From positions 123,318,001-123,382,000 of the forward strand of contig OX597816.1 of the NCBI GenBank assembly GCA_951406725.2: a DNA stretch of 64,000 bases. The letters run 5' to 3'. A program made the position numbers and the translations under genes. The number at the start of each line of letters is the position of its first letter. Within the stretch, counting starts at the first letter, position 1. Positions 25,856-39,610 of the stretch are shown here, piece after piece. The notes beneath the pieces were generated by a model. That model worked only from the letters and a program-made list of their open reading frames with translations. It searched no databases and was not told the origin of the DNA. The DNA comes from Octopus vulgaris. Taxonomy: Eukaryota.

Positions 25856-27774
25856 TATATATAATAAATCCCGTTCTGTCTGTGTATGTGGGTAAAAGAT
25901 TATAACGGCTGTATTTTTCAACTGATTTTCTCCAAACTGGGAGCATACATCACTTATGCTCCAGGGATGGTTTTAGATTCTTAAAAGTTTTCACATGATG
26001 AGTTATGGGCCCTCTAGGAGCAGAAAACATCCAATCCTGGATAACGTGGACAAGGGAGGTAACTCTTTGCGGAATAACTTTCAGGAATTGTCTCCCTCAC
26101 CTCCATTGGTCATAAAAAAGATATAAAATATTGCTTTTTATATTAGATTCCCGTCTTTCAAAGTTAAAAAAAATATTTACTTCTGGTTTTCTTGCATCAG
26201 TAACATCTATATCTCTCTGTCTATATCTCTTATCCATGTCTCTCTACTTATCTCTATCTCTCTATATCTTTCTGTCCATCTCTATATCTATCTGTCTCTC
26301 TGTATCTATCTGTCTATATCTTATCTATCTATATGTATCTTATTTGTCTAACTAGCTACCTCTCTCTCTCCCCTTCTCTCTACACCTCATTCACTCTTTA
26401 TTGTTTACACTTTCATTTTTCAGATGCTCTTGTTTTCACTTTCAGTTCAATTGCTATTGTTTTCACTGTAAGTTTTCAATCGCTATTTCCAAACAACAAC
26501 GACAAATTACTGACTGAAAGAACTTCACAATTACTGATGAAAGTTATTTTATACATTATTTACTGACAGAATTAAATTCATAAATTTCAGTTCAATCTAT
26601 AGACTTCGTTAAATTTGCCTATAAGCTTCCTATTTACTCTTGCAACGTCTTGTGGGTTTTTTTTATGGAATTACTCATAAAAGTAAGTTCATAATTTACA
26701 GACAGAAGTAACTTCAATAATTTCATTTAAATCCATACACTTAGTTAATTTCCCTAAAAATTTCTTATTTACTTTTGCAACGGTTTTGTGTTTTTCGGTT
26801 GTTAAGGGCTTTTTTCTTGTTGCTTTGATACTGGATCTTTGGTCCACTGACAAATTTCCCTCAACCCGTACAATTCTTTATTTTATGTAAAAATTTCTCA
26901 TTTACTTTCTGCTCGTCCTATTAAGAAATCTAATTTCTGTTACCCAGTTATTTTCATTGTTTACTATCTTCTGTATCCATGTATTTCTGTATACGTATAT
27001 TACCATGCCTAGAAGGAAAGTTTTAAATTTGTCTGCAATGTCAGGGTCAGCCAAAAGAATGTCTCTGACCATGGAAAGAGAGACAGCTTCAGAAATGGGA
27101 GCATACCAAGAAACAAACAGCTCAGAGAAGCAACTTCTATGAAGCAGCTTTCAATTATGATCCAGCAATTCATTATGTAGATGACACTAGAGTTTCCATT
27201 GGTGCAATGACAACTGAGTGCATACATTGTAAATCAAGGAAGTGGCCTGGAGAGACACCTGCACTGTGCTGCAGTGGAGGAAAGGTTAAATTACCTGCAA
27301 TCCCCCAACCTCCAGAGCCATTGAAGAAACTGTTGTCATCGACTGACCAAGATTCCAAGCACTTCCAAAACAAAATTAGACAATACAACTCTGCGTTACA
27401 GATGGCATTATTTGGAGCCACAACAGATTTTACTGAGTCAGAATTCATGCAAAATTTCAAGGTCCAAGGTCAGATTTATGATCGGATTGACTCTCTACTA
27501 ACTCTGTCAAATGATCACCAAAATCGTTTTGGTTATGAAATAAACTACACAAAATGTGTTTTTGAATTACATGTATTTACTTTATATACGTGTATTTGCT
27601 GAAAACTTTTAACATTTCACTTAACATCTATGTTCCATGCTGGCAGAGCTGGAGAGTTATTAATGCAGAAATTCAGCATCTCAGCTACTAGCAGTTGAGA
27701 CCTGCATAATCTAGAGGGCGTTTTTAAATTTCATCATTCTCTTTAACCCAGGCATCACTGGGTATTTCTGCTAG
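25856..27774 (+). mobile_element. Internally deleted Helitron with an N-terminal RepHel fragment
   Basis: ORF 27207-27602 (CIHCKSRKWPGETPALCCSGGKVKLP...IRQYNSALQM...FKVQGQIY) is a typical Helitron N-terminus. 3' hairpin cccag...ctggg then CTAG|T. Confidence 0.88.
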
Positions 27775-29284
27775 TGCATATGTATGTATGTATGCACACA
27801 CATATATATATATATATATATTCATATATATATATATAGTTTTTGCAGTCATTTTCATATGTTTGTTGTTCAATTTGATAATCAGGTCATTTAAAATCGC
27901 AAAACAAAAATTAGTGCCATGAAATCAGCACCATTCAAATTCGTTTTTCCTTCATTGAATTTTACACTTTGGTCAAAGAATTTAGCATTTACATCATTCA
28001 AATTCAAATGCCATTTGAGAGTATTCAAATTAGTCTGAATGTGAGGAAGCATCTTTTCAAGCATTCAGATTCACACATGAGCATTCCACTTTGGAATACG
28101 CTTATTCAATTTAACACTAATTTTACATGTGTGTTTTTACTCACATTCTAAGGAGAGAATGTTAAAAATGACAAATTTAAATTACATGTTTTGTCATGCA
28201 AACATTGTTATGTTGCTATAGGTACAAGGAAGAAATAAATTACGTGATTCTTTTGTGCACGAAATTCGTTTTCATTGCAGCATTCATAACATGGGAAAAA
28301 CTGCAATGTCACTTGTGTGGAGTTGGGAGAAAGTGGTCTGGTTCATCAGTCCATTGCTGACGATATTTTCAGACAAAACTCTTTCAAAGAGTTCTTTGCA
28401 GAAACAGTTCAAGCATGTGCCGACATGTTCCCAGTGGATGACTCCATCTACTTGGATTGCAGGGAGCTCAGTATGAACATGTGGCCACTTGTCGTAAATG
28501 GATAAATTGAGTCTCTCTCATCAGGGTAGAAAAACAATCTTACATTTCAGATCATAATGCAGAGAAGTTCAAATATAGAATGATTAGATGTGGGGAGTAA
28601 GCAGTATTAGAGGGAGGTAGTAGGAGGGTTAGTAGAGTTATGGGGAATGTTAAGACAGGGAATGATGAGAGGAGATAAAACATTAGTTTAGGAAGAGGGA
28701 GGGGGTTAAGAATGAGGGTGTTAAGGAAGATGGTAGTAGAGGTGGAGAATTGGGAGTTGAGCGAGAGAGTGGGATAGGTAGTAATTGAAGAGTGGTTAGT
28801 TGTTGTTGTTGGATCTATGTATAGGTGTCAAAGTTTAGGAATAATGGCTATAGAATAATGGGAATTTGAGACAGTGAGAAAAAGGATGGCAATTTGAGGG
28901 AGGGAAATTGTCTAATTTGGTGGTGGAGGGAGATTAGTAAGGTATGTAGAAAGGTATGAGAGAAAATAGAGGGATGTGGACAGAGTAGAGGGTGAGTCAG
29001 TGGTCAAGGTAGCAGTGGTTAATACTATAATGAAGGTGGGTTGGTGGTGGATGGGGAGTACTGAGGTGTGAAAAGGTGTATGAAATTGAATAGAAAAGGA
29101 GGGGATTAGAAAGGGAGGGTGGGGTCGATAGGTTAGTGGCTAATTGAGTGGAATAGTTGTAAGAGTTATTGGTTGAAGAGAGAAATGCTAGAATAGGGAA
29201 AAAATACAATTAGTGAGAATGGGGAGGCTGTGAGATAGGTGGATGTGGTAGGTTAGAGGAATTTGCAAGGGTAATCATGAGAAA

Positions 29285-29514
29285 GGTGGCGAGCTGGCAG
29301 AAACGTTAGCGCGCCGGGCGAAATTCTTAGCGGTATTTCGTCTGCATTACGTTGTGAGTTCAAATTCCGCTGAGGTCGACTTTGCCTTTCATCCTTTCAG
29401 GGTCGATAAATTAAGTACCAGTTACGCACTGGGGTCGATGTAATCGACTTAATACCTATGTCTGTCCTTGTTTGTCCCCTCTGTGTTTAGCCCCTTGTGG
29501 GTAATAAAGAAATA
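29285..29514 (+). mobile_element. Family A (Nin-like) SINE, young, with 15-bp TSD
   Basis: TSD GGTAATCATGAGAAA at 29270-29284 and 29515-29529. Confidence 0.92.
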
Positions 29515-31770
29515 GGTAATCATGAGAAAGAATAATTTAGTAGAAAGGGTGATATTAGTGGAAGAGATGAGTTGCAAGACTGACCTAGTTGTACCCCAAG
29601 GTTAATTATTATTAGGGATAATGATGGTTATGGGATTACTTAGATTTAATACAATAAGTAAATGATGAGTAGATTTTGTGTTTACATATGAATGTATGTA
29701 TGTATGTATGTATGTATGTATGTATGTATGTATGTATGTATGTATGTATGTATGTATGTATGCATGTATGTATATATGCATTTATATGTGTATATCATAC
29801 CAGAGCCTAAAGTGTAAGGTGATGAATAGATATTTATACAAGTTTGTTTAAAATTTTGCATTTTACTAAGATATTGAGGAACAGATTTAAAGGTTTTACA
29901 TAAAAGAATTCTCCCATGGTTGTATATTCTTTTATTGTTGCTATCATACTCAGGAAAACTCTGGTACTTATTTATTACAGGAAAATAAATATGAATATTT
30001 ACCTATATATATGTAGAGATTATATTTCAGAGAATAGATAGTATATATACATATTGTTTATGACTGGGTATCTGGAGATGTATAGATTCATATAAGGAGT
30101 ACAACATAAAGAAGATAAAAATGCAAATGCAACTACAACAACAAAAAATAATAACAAATTTTAATAGAAGAAAGAAACTGCCAGCAAATTCTGAAAAGCA
30201 AAGATTGTTGTAATAATAGAATAAACAGTGAAAAGGCACATTGTCATGACAAGCTAATACTTGGAGGATGCTTTTAAAGGAATATTTGCTCATATGGCAA
30301 CAGAAAAAAATCCCCAGAGAACTACAAAGTACAACTATTTCTAACTTAAATATATCATTCACAGTTTAAAGCAGTATTTTGTAATAAACAGCTATATTCT
30401 AACTTACAGCAAAAACCCAATCTCCTTGATAGAATGTTTGATATTTTGTGGACATGATGTTTTGTAGAAGCTATTAATCTTAGCATATGTAATCTTATTG
30501 CAGTAAGAGTAGAATAATAAAGAGTAAGTCAGTGGTGTTATTTGTTTTCTTTAAACATGAAAATATTATTATTGTCATATTTCAGGAAATGAAAAATAAA
30601 TTATTGATTGAGGAAACTGATGCTAAATCTAAGATCTTTTATTTCTGATGCAATACTTTTGGAAATATAGAGGTTGATTTCATTTGTATGTGAACAAATG
30701 CATTTGAAGCCAATGAGGAAGCCTCTATATGGTCACATAACCTATTAGAAATAATAGCCAACCATACCTTCAATCCTATCTCGTTTAGAAAAGAATGAAT
30801 TGGATAATGTCACCTGGAATTTTTAGAAATACGAAAATGTAAAAGAGAGCATTGGTTTGCTGGAATGGTTTATATCTCAGGTCTGCTTAATCAGTGCTGT
30901 TCTGGATCTAAACAGCAACAACTACAACTTATTGCAAATAAGTTTCATCCTTCAACTTACTGCATTTAATGGCTGAAATGACCCTCTCTCTCTCTCCATA
31001 GTCTTTAATTTTTCAGCTGGCCAACTTTCAAAGCACCCCACAACCTTTAGAACACTTTTCATTCAAAAGCCATTCTGACCTTCCCATTCATTCTTGACAT
31101 GGAATTTTTGTATTCTTTACCACCCACTGCTCTAATATATACCAGTCATCTTGCCTCATTAATGTACTTGCAAACTATTAAAAACACACATACGCTACCA
31201 TAACACTGAAGACTATTATTATATAACCTGAGGAGATTTCTTCTGCACTATGGGATGCATTCGATTCCATTATATCATTCCCCAGCCTCTAGGGAGCAGG
31301 GCAGATGTTAGCCAAAATGATCATCATGCTTAATAAAGCTTCCAGTACACTATCTTCCATATTTATCATTTACATATAAACAGATAGGTAAGTAGATAGA
31401 TAGGTACATATGTTAATACACACACACACACACAAAAGGAGACAGAAACACATCATCATATACACATACACACTCCACACACACATATAAAGACACACAT
31501 CCATACATAACAGATGCACATACATAATCACACAAACCAATATACAGTACCTATCTATCTACTTACCTATCTGTTTTTATATATATATATATATATAAAT
31601 GATAAATATAGAAGACAGTTTTTTTTACTTATTATATATTGATAATCCATTTTTATACTTTTTGAGATCTAGTTATATGTTTTATAAAAATATATATTAT
31701 TTGTTATTTATGTTTTGGTTTATGTCTATCACTGTTTGAGTTGCATAATAGTGGTTTTATCTCTAATCCA

Positions 31771-31828
<58 letters not shown>

Positions 31829-31829
31829 C

Positions 31830-33190
31830 GTTTTTGTATTTGGTTTGCAAAATTCTTTATGTGAATTCGTCTGTTGAAGCATATTTTGCTGCACCTGGAA
31901 AGAGGCATTCTGTTTTAATGCCTTATTAATTAACACACTTACTGGTTCAATTTTCACTCATTTCCTTAGTTATTTTTTTTTCTAAAACTTTCATTGTTTC
32001 TTGCAACCTCTTCAATAGTTGTTGACTCTGTCCGTTATCGGAACTGTGTTCTTTTTGTTTGTTTGTCCGCATATGTGTACATCAACATGCATGTGTATAT
32101 ACATATGTATGTGTATATGTATGTATGTATGTGTGTATGCATGCCTGTATATATATATGTATGAGTGTGTGTACTTTTGTATGTATGTATTCTACATATT
32201 CATGTGTTTGTGTGTGTGCATGTTTGTGCGTTTGTGTGTGTGTGCACCTCTGTCTCCTTGTTTGTGCATGTTTAAATGTATCTAAATGTATTGGTTTCTG
32301 TCACTATGTATGTTAATGTTATGTATGTGTATGTGTGCTTGTCTGTCTGTATTAACATATCTACTTACCTATCTGTTTACCTACATATCCATTTACCTAC
32401 CCATATATATGTATATATACTTGCCTACATAAAAGCCTACTAACAAATCTACCTGTGTATGTATATACTGTGGGTATTGGGGTGTCACTACTTTCTACAT
32501 GTATTCCCTATTTAGAATGGGGTATGTTTCATTTGTGAGGACGTATTCTTGTATTTGTCTGAGTGTTAGGTCTTTTGGGTGCTTGGATAAAAATGAGTAC
32601 ATCAAGTCGACCTAGTGTGCCTCCATGTTCATCTTTGACATGCTGGTAGAGTATGGAGGACAGTTTCTTTGTCGTCATATTGTCTTCAATGTTCATTTAA
32701 TCTCTCTACAATGCTTCTAGATGTCTCACCAATGTATGTCATGTTCTTGTCTTTACAAGCACCCTCTATGCACCTTATGCTGTAGACTACATTTCTAGTT
32801 CTACAGTTAATGCCAGGGTTAATCTTACATTCCATGAAGTTCTTATTAGTGCATGTGGTATTCTCAAAGAGATACGACTTATGTAACTGTAAACTGATGG
32901 AGCTCCCAGGCTTTTCAACAATCTTAATGTTGAGTTTGGTCTCATTCAGAGCTTTCCTAAATCTACGGGCTAGTTCCCCATGGGCTGTGGCCTTTACAAA
33001 CATCACTCCTTGATATTTGTACCATGTGTTCACCCTGTTTGTTTTGACACAAACTCTCTCTATCCTATTCCAGTCTTTACCTCTATATCTGGGGCAGGCA
33101 CCATTGGTCTTATTACATATGATGGTATCTAACTTCTTTCTAACTCATCTGTATACCCAAATCCTATCTTCCTTGTCATATCCAGAGAAC
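31830..33190 (-). mobile_element. Penelope-like element 3' part (GIY-YIG) with terminal repeat
   Basis: ORF 32686-33033 contains NCRTRNVVYSIRC...YIGETSRSIVERLNEH. Terminal repeat at 31830-32030. Confidence 0.85.
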
Positions 33191-33229
33191 TGCATGAATA
33201 TATATATATGTATATATTTTTTATGAAAA

Positions 33230-34417
33230 ACAAGAACGAAAATGCTACTTTCATAAAATTGAGTACATTTTAATTTTCCTTTTGCATGTTTCAGTTTTTG
33301 AAAAACCTTATCAAAAATATGTACTAAAATGGAATATGTAAAGAGAAAAGAACTATTAAAAAAGTTTAATCAAAATTAAAATTAAGATTAACATTCATAG
33401 TTTACTTTCCTTTTTCTTGCAAGAACACCTGATAATATCCTTTGGTTCTGGTAGCATGACAAGTTCAGAAAACTCTTCTAAATGGAATAAATGAAAACCT
33501 CCAATTTATGATAGAGTATAACAAGGAACAACTACCATTTTTAGATATCCTTATTAAGAAAGTCAGGAAGAAAATAGAGACAGATATCTATTACAAACCC
33601 ATAGATTCAAAACAGTACTTGCCATTTGATTCTTGCCACCTGAGACACACCAGGATGAATACATTCTGTTTAGCCAAAAGAATATGCACAATAGTATCAG
33701 ATGCAAACACTCATTACACACAACTACAGGAATTGAAGACCACACTCATCAATAGGAATTACCCACAACCCTTAATGGACAATACTATCCAATGAGTACT
33801 TAAATTAAATACACAAGAACTTAGACAACCAAGACCAGAGAAGGAAGAAAAATTGAAAGAGTGACCCAAAGATAAATCAAATCCTCAAAACACACACAAT
33901 CATCAAAAGTAAAAGACAACCAAAATCAATGGAAAAGATTTTAACCCAGGCCAAATTACACTCAACAATAACCACTAAGCTGACAGTAAAAAAATGCGGG
34001 AGACCTGGCTGTGGGATTTGTATCAAGATAATACAAGGATCAGAATGCTGATTAGAAAAAGGCCATAATTTCCCCATAAAACCTAATTTTACATGTGCAT
34101 CTGAGAACTTGATCTACTTAATTACATGCTCAGGATGTAAACGGCAATATATTGGACACACAAAAAACAGCCTACATCAGAGGATGGTGGTGCACAAATC
34201 TCAGATTAGGATTCTAGAATACAGGAAAATACCTCTCAGCCAGTACATCAATGAATATGCTTCCAACAAATTTCTCAAATTCCCGTCTCCAATATACAAA
34301 TTCAAAGACAATGTTAGCCAAAAGGAATGCATGAGCAAGGAAATGCCTTTCATAAGAGAATATCGACTGAGTCTAAATTCTATAAACTAGCAACATTGAG
34401 ACTTTTTTATATATATG

Positions 34418-34479
<62 letters not shown>

Positions 34480-34629
34480 CGTGTGTGTATGTATTTATGT
34501 ATGTATATGTGTGTGTTTATATTTGTATCTATATATAAATGCATGGGTATGTGTGTGTGTCACAGTCACTTGAACTTGTCATTCTACCAGAATCAAAGGA
34601 TATTATCACGTGTTCTTGCAGGAAAAAGG
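33230..34629 (+). mobile_element. Penelope-like element (RT C-terminus plus GIY-YIG) with inverted 5' terminal repeat
   Basis: LPFLDILI, TDIYYKP, SCH and YLITCSGCKRQYIGHT. 33409-33467 is the reverse complement of 34571-34629. Confidence 0.9.
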
Positions 34630-34829
34630 CATGCTAACGATTCTACAAGTTCACCACTTTTATATATACACATATATTATACACACACACACACACAATG
34701 ACTTCTTTCAGTTTCCATCTACAAAATAATCCAGTTACAAAGCTTTGGTTAGCTTGGGGCTGTAGTAGAAGCCACTAGTGTAAGGTGACATGTAGTCAGA
34801 GTAAACTTGACAATACACTTATACATATT

Positions 34830-34985
34830 TACATGTATGTATGTATGTATGTATGTATGTATGTATGTATGTATGTATGTATGTATATGCCTGCCTGCCT
34901 GCCTGCCTGCCTGCATGCATGCATGCATGCATGTATGTATGTATGTATGTATGTATGTATGTATGTATGTATGTATGTATGTCAG
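34830..34985. repeat. Compound tetranucleotide microsatellite (TATG/CCTG/CATG)n, representative of many (TA)n, (CA)n, (TATG)n and (TATC)n tracts in the window
   Basis: Direct inspection. Confidence 0.9.
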
Positions 34986-35455
34986 TCAGTCACTATTCAG
35001 TTTATTTCAAGATTTCTTGCCAATAGATAAAGAACTGGTTTCTAACCAATATCCAAGGCTCCTTCATTGGAATTTCAACACCAACAACAGGGTATTTTTG
35101 TTTGTATGTATGTATGTGTAGATTTGTATGTCTTATCTATGTTTTCCCGTGTATATAGTTGCATATCTAGACATATACATATATATTTAAATGATAATCT
35201 TCTGGAAAGTTTTACAGATTTTTACAGTTCCAGTGATAGATTGGATCTGTAGTTTTCGAATTACTTTCTTCTTTCTGGTTTTTAGAAGCCTAATTTCTCA
35301 AGATTGGTATTTAGGCAGTGTGTTACATATCCCAGGGTCCCAATAATTACAAGTATAGACCTGAACTTGTAATCTGGATAGAGTAACTGCAGATTTCTCA
35401 ATAGTTCAGCATAGGTGTTCTCTTTTTCACTGATCTTCATCTTTATGTTAACATA
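34985..35455 (-). mobile_element. R4-like non-LTR 3' end
   Basis: EKENTYAELLRNLQLLYPDYKF..VIIGTLG, same family as 47500-47795. Confidence 0.75.
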
Positions 35456-35486
35456 TGCTGTATATATGTATGTATGCATCAATGTA

Positions 35487-35522
<36 letters not shown>

Positions 35523-36473
35523 TGTATGTATGTATGTATGTATGTATGTATGTGTGTGTGTCTATGTATGTATATATGTATGTATGTGTGTGTGTGTATG
35601 TATGTATGCATGCATGTATGTATGTATGTATTTTGCTTTATAACATAGGTTCAAGTTCTAGTTGTGGGGATATGTATTATCACCTCAATGAACTTAAAAT
35701 TGTTATTTTATAAATTTTGAAAAAATGTTGTGGAGAGCTTTGATGGTTGGCCAGCTGAAAGATTAGGGACTATGAAGAGAGTGAGAGAGAGAGATGTATA
35801 TATTATAGGTGAGGAGTAGAGATATGACAAATTCAGGGAGAAACTTTCTTTAGGGAATAATAATGAAAGCACCAACAATAAATTTTTCAGTGGAATGAAT
35901 GCTCAATTATAATACTGCTGATTCAGAGAATTAGACAGAATCTGTGGTTTTATCTTTTAAGGATATTTTTTATAAAGATTTCAATGATATTTGGTTTGAT
36001 TGTTTCTTGCTCTGTTGACAGACTGGTATTTCTGCAGCATAATTCTAGTTTAATAGCTTGAAACTGGGTTCCAGTCAAGCTTGTATGGATTGAAATAATG
36101 AAGCTAATTTCAGTTGGCTATGCTCTGATATGAAGTTTTTTTAAGAGGTTGAAAGGAAGGTATAAAACCACACTTTACTTTGATAGAGTATTAGTGTGTG
36201 TCTCTTGTAGCTTTTCCTATGGCAAAAACATTTTCCTAATACTTTCAGACATCTGTTTCAAGCAATTTTTCTAATGCATTAATACATTTTCTAAGTTATA
36301 ATGTGTAGTTTAGACATTTGCAGAATTTTCTGATTATGAGTATTTCTGTTCATAACTATGTAAGTGACCTACTTTTCCTTCAGTGATTCATCTCTTTTGT
36401 CATGATGAAGAAAAAGCCATTTATATTGTTAACTTACTATAGATTGGTACAGATGTTGTTTTGGAATGGCTTA

Positions 36474-36870
36474 TCTTTATATATAAAGCTGAAGTTGTCT
36501 GTGTGTGGCAGGTTTGATAGCCTTCAACTAACACTATCTCCTCTGAGACCCTGTGACGCAGGTTAACCAAAATTGAGAGTATGATAGAAGAAGTCTTGCT
36601 CTTCATTTCGTAGAAGAAAAAATTCAAATCGGACCATGTTAAGACCAAAAATTATTTACATCAAAAAGGTGCTTTTTTTCTATGAAAATCCCTATTTTTT
36701 ACGACTTTTTGACTGCTGCGTTGCCATTTTTCGATGTATTTCAACCAGAAAAAAATGTTCCCAGAAAGAGAATAACAAGCTACATAATGCAAATTTTTAC
36801 TTTTCAAAAATTTCAATTTAAAAGGGTTGATAAGAAAACAAACCCGAGCAACGCCCGGCTATACTGCTAG
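36474..36870 (+). mobile_element. Complete non-autonomous Helitron (397 bp)
   Basis: A|TCTTTATATATAAA ... hairpin ccgagc-aac-gcccgg ... CTAG|T. Inserted in AT with no TSD. Confidence 0.9.
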
Positions 36871-38149
36871 TTTTCAAAATAAAGTTGAAAGATCTTAACC
36901 ATTTGTTTCATTATGTATTTGTTCATACTTAAAAGTAAAATAATTTCCTAAATTTTCATTAAATATCTGAGTCAGAAAAGATAAAATAGAGTATACTTTA
37001 AAAATTCATTTAAGTTTTAAAATTTAAAGTAACTGTTTGGTTGAAGAGAGGATGTGAATCAACTGATAAGTTATTAAGCTGTAACTTATGTATTCAGTAA
37101 GTTTTATAATTTGACTGTGCAGTCAATAAGATGGTAACAGTTCCCTAATAAAGTTAGTGGGAGAAGAGAAAATGACCTAAAGGATTTAGAAGATAGAGAA
37201 ATTTGTTTGGCTTACTTTATTGAATTATCTGGTGGTTTATATTAAATAACTGGATTAGCTGCAAAAGAAACAGAAGAATTCAGATAATCTTAGGAAAATT
37301 CTGTAGATAATTCTATTCAGTAAACCTCTTTGAAACATATGTCCATATCTAAAAAAATTATCCTTTTACAGTGCTTGCTGCTCTTTAGTTACTTTTTTTT
37401 TTTTGGTGGATACTATTATATACATTCTATGCACTAAAATTCAGTATGTGTGCATGTGATTCAGGAATAGTTGTTTTCTATTTACTGTTGACAAATTATT
37501 ATCATTATTTTTGTTGTTGTAAATAGTAAGCAAACAGAATCAAACTGCAATGCAGATAAGAAATAATATTTTAAACAATGTATATTAGAGATGACTATCA
37601 TGGGGAAATTTATAAAGCACTCAAAACAACTTTTTTTATCTTTAGTTCAGTTATATTTTATAGTCACTTGTTCGGATAGATGCAATTTCATTGTCATTTT
37701 ATAGATGTGTTGCTTAGTATTAAACTCCATCAATGTGTTTCTGTCAATGCAAGTTTGAAAGTTGTACTACATCACATTAAAGTCATTATGGTGTTTTTAG
37801 AACACTTCCTTAGTATTTTTCTTTTCCATATTTATAATTCTACATTTTATGTTCATTACACATAATGAAAGAATATCTGAAACAATTAAGTGGTTATAAA
37901 TATTGGCCAGATATTATATTAGCCGTATTGTTATATTTTTGGAAAAATAAGATAACAAAACAAATTTTATTGTGAATGCTTACTTGAACGTATTCAATAT
38001 AAGTACTTTAATTTCTTAGTGACCTAATATTATATTATAGGTTATACCAGAATCAAAAAGGTTCTTTAACATTTATTTAAAATATACTATAAATTATGCA
38101 GAAAATTATTTTCTAAAATCACCTTACATTGTAAAAAGGATAATGATGA

Positions 38150-38440
38150 ACTCTCCTGTCGAAGATGATGTATGAGTGTTCAGCTTTTGCCAAACAACCT
38201 GCACAAATGGTTTATTTATTGTGATCAAATGTTTGTGCTACACATTAGCTCACTCCCTCCTTCAAATCAACTTTGTCTGAACAGGTGCACAGTGTACCAC
38301 ATATCATGTGTTGAGAAGTGATCATAGAGCGATGTGAGATGAAGTGTTTTGCTCAAGAACACAATGCACAACCTAGCCTAGGAATTGAAACCATAATCTA
38401 GTGGTCTTGAGTGCATCACCCTAACCACTAAGCCATGTGC
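38150..38440 (-). mobile_element. Family B-related SINE
   Basis: Reverse strand gcacatggcttagtggttagg...gtttcaattcc...gttcttgagcaa. Confidence 0.7.
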
Positions 38441-38639
38441 GCTCATTATTATTATCAATAATAATAATAACGATAATAATAATAATCCTTTCTACTGAAG
38501 TTACAAGGCTTGAAATTGAGGGAGGGGACTAGTCAATTACATTGACACCAATATTGAATTGGTATTAATTTTGCCTATCCTGTAAAGATGAACAAAAGGC
38601 TACTAAGCATTTTTCCCAGTGTGCAAAAGATTTTGCCAG

Positions 38640-39610
38640 CTCACCAGAGTGATAGAAGATTAATTATTATAGACCATTGTATAAGGATTGACAAGAAAAT
38701 GCTTGCTGAGTATTTGATAAATAGTAATGAAGACCTGCTTCAATATGCTACAAAAGATATGGGTGTAAATGCAGGTGAAATGATGGGCAAGGAAGAGTTT
38801 AACCAAAGAGCTGAGGATAAGAGAAAAGAAGACCTTCATGAAATGAGAATGCATGGACAGTTTGAAAGGAATACACAGGATGTTATGGATAATACAGCAT
38901 CGTGGCTTGAGCAAGGTGATTTGAAAGCTACTACTGAAAGCCTGATCATTGCTGCACAAGACCAGGCCCTCACTATCAATTCAGTGAAGTATAACATCTA
39001 TAAAACTTCTGACACCCAGAAATGCAGATTCTGTGGAAAGAGTGTGGAAAATGTGACCCATTTGGTAAGTGGATGTGAGAGCCTTGCACAAAAGGAATAC
39101 AAGCATCGCCATGATAAGATGTGTGTGTATCATCAAATATGGCTGCACTGTAGCAAACAACAGCTATAGCTCAAGTGTTGATGGCACACACAAGGTTTCT
39201 GGAATAATGATTAGTTTTCAGAGCCTTACTCTATCAAAGTAATTCTTTTGTATTCATTTTTACCTCTTTCTAGATACTGTATTGGCTAACTCCAGTACTG
39301 CAAAGTATTTATATCCTGTTTCCTCTAGGTTTGTCAGTCTTCCTTCATTAGGTGATATTATTCCACAGATATTCTCCCATTTTCTCCTGTGTGTAGCAAC
39401 TGTCACACACTTTGTGATACTCATCTCCTTTTGTACGTCTGTACTCACTACATAAACAGCTTGCATCAAGTTGTTAATCTCTTCTGATTTTACAGACAGT
39501 TTAAGATTATTTAGAAAGAGCAAATAATTAAATTCGGGTCCTAATTTTCTGGTTGGTATCAGAACAATGACGAAGAGTAAAGGAGAAAAAATATAAGTCT
39601 CTTTCAGCAT
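38640..39610. mobile_element. Rearranged R4-like (RLE) non-LTR fragment
   Basis: Plus strand: MHGQF, TESLIIAAQDQAL and CCHC knuckle CRFCGKSVENVTHLVSGC..YKHRHD. Minus strand 39610-39135: RT FSPLLFVI...YKYF and AINT. Confidence 0.85.

Noticed and set aside
28540-29280. Long purine-rich strand-asymmetric tract
   Set aside because: No regular repeat or coding signal that I can define. Probably decayed repeat.
34785-35713. ORFs rich in YVCM, YI or HT repeats (also at 7816, 8158, 21075, 23605, 24433, 32019, 50231)
   Set aside because: Translations of stop-free microsatellites, not genes.
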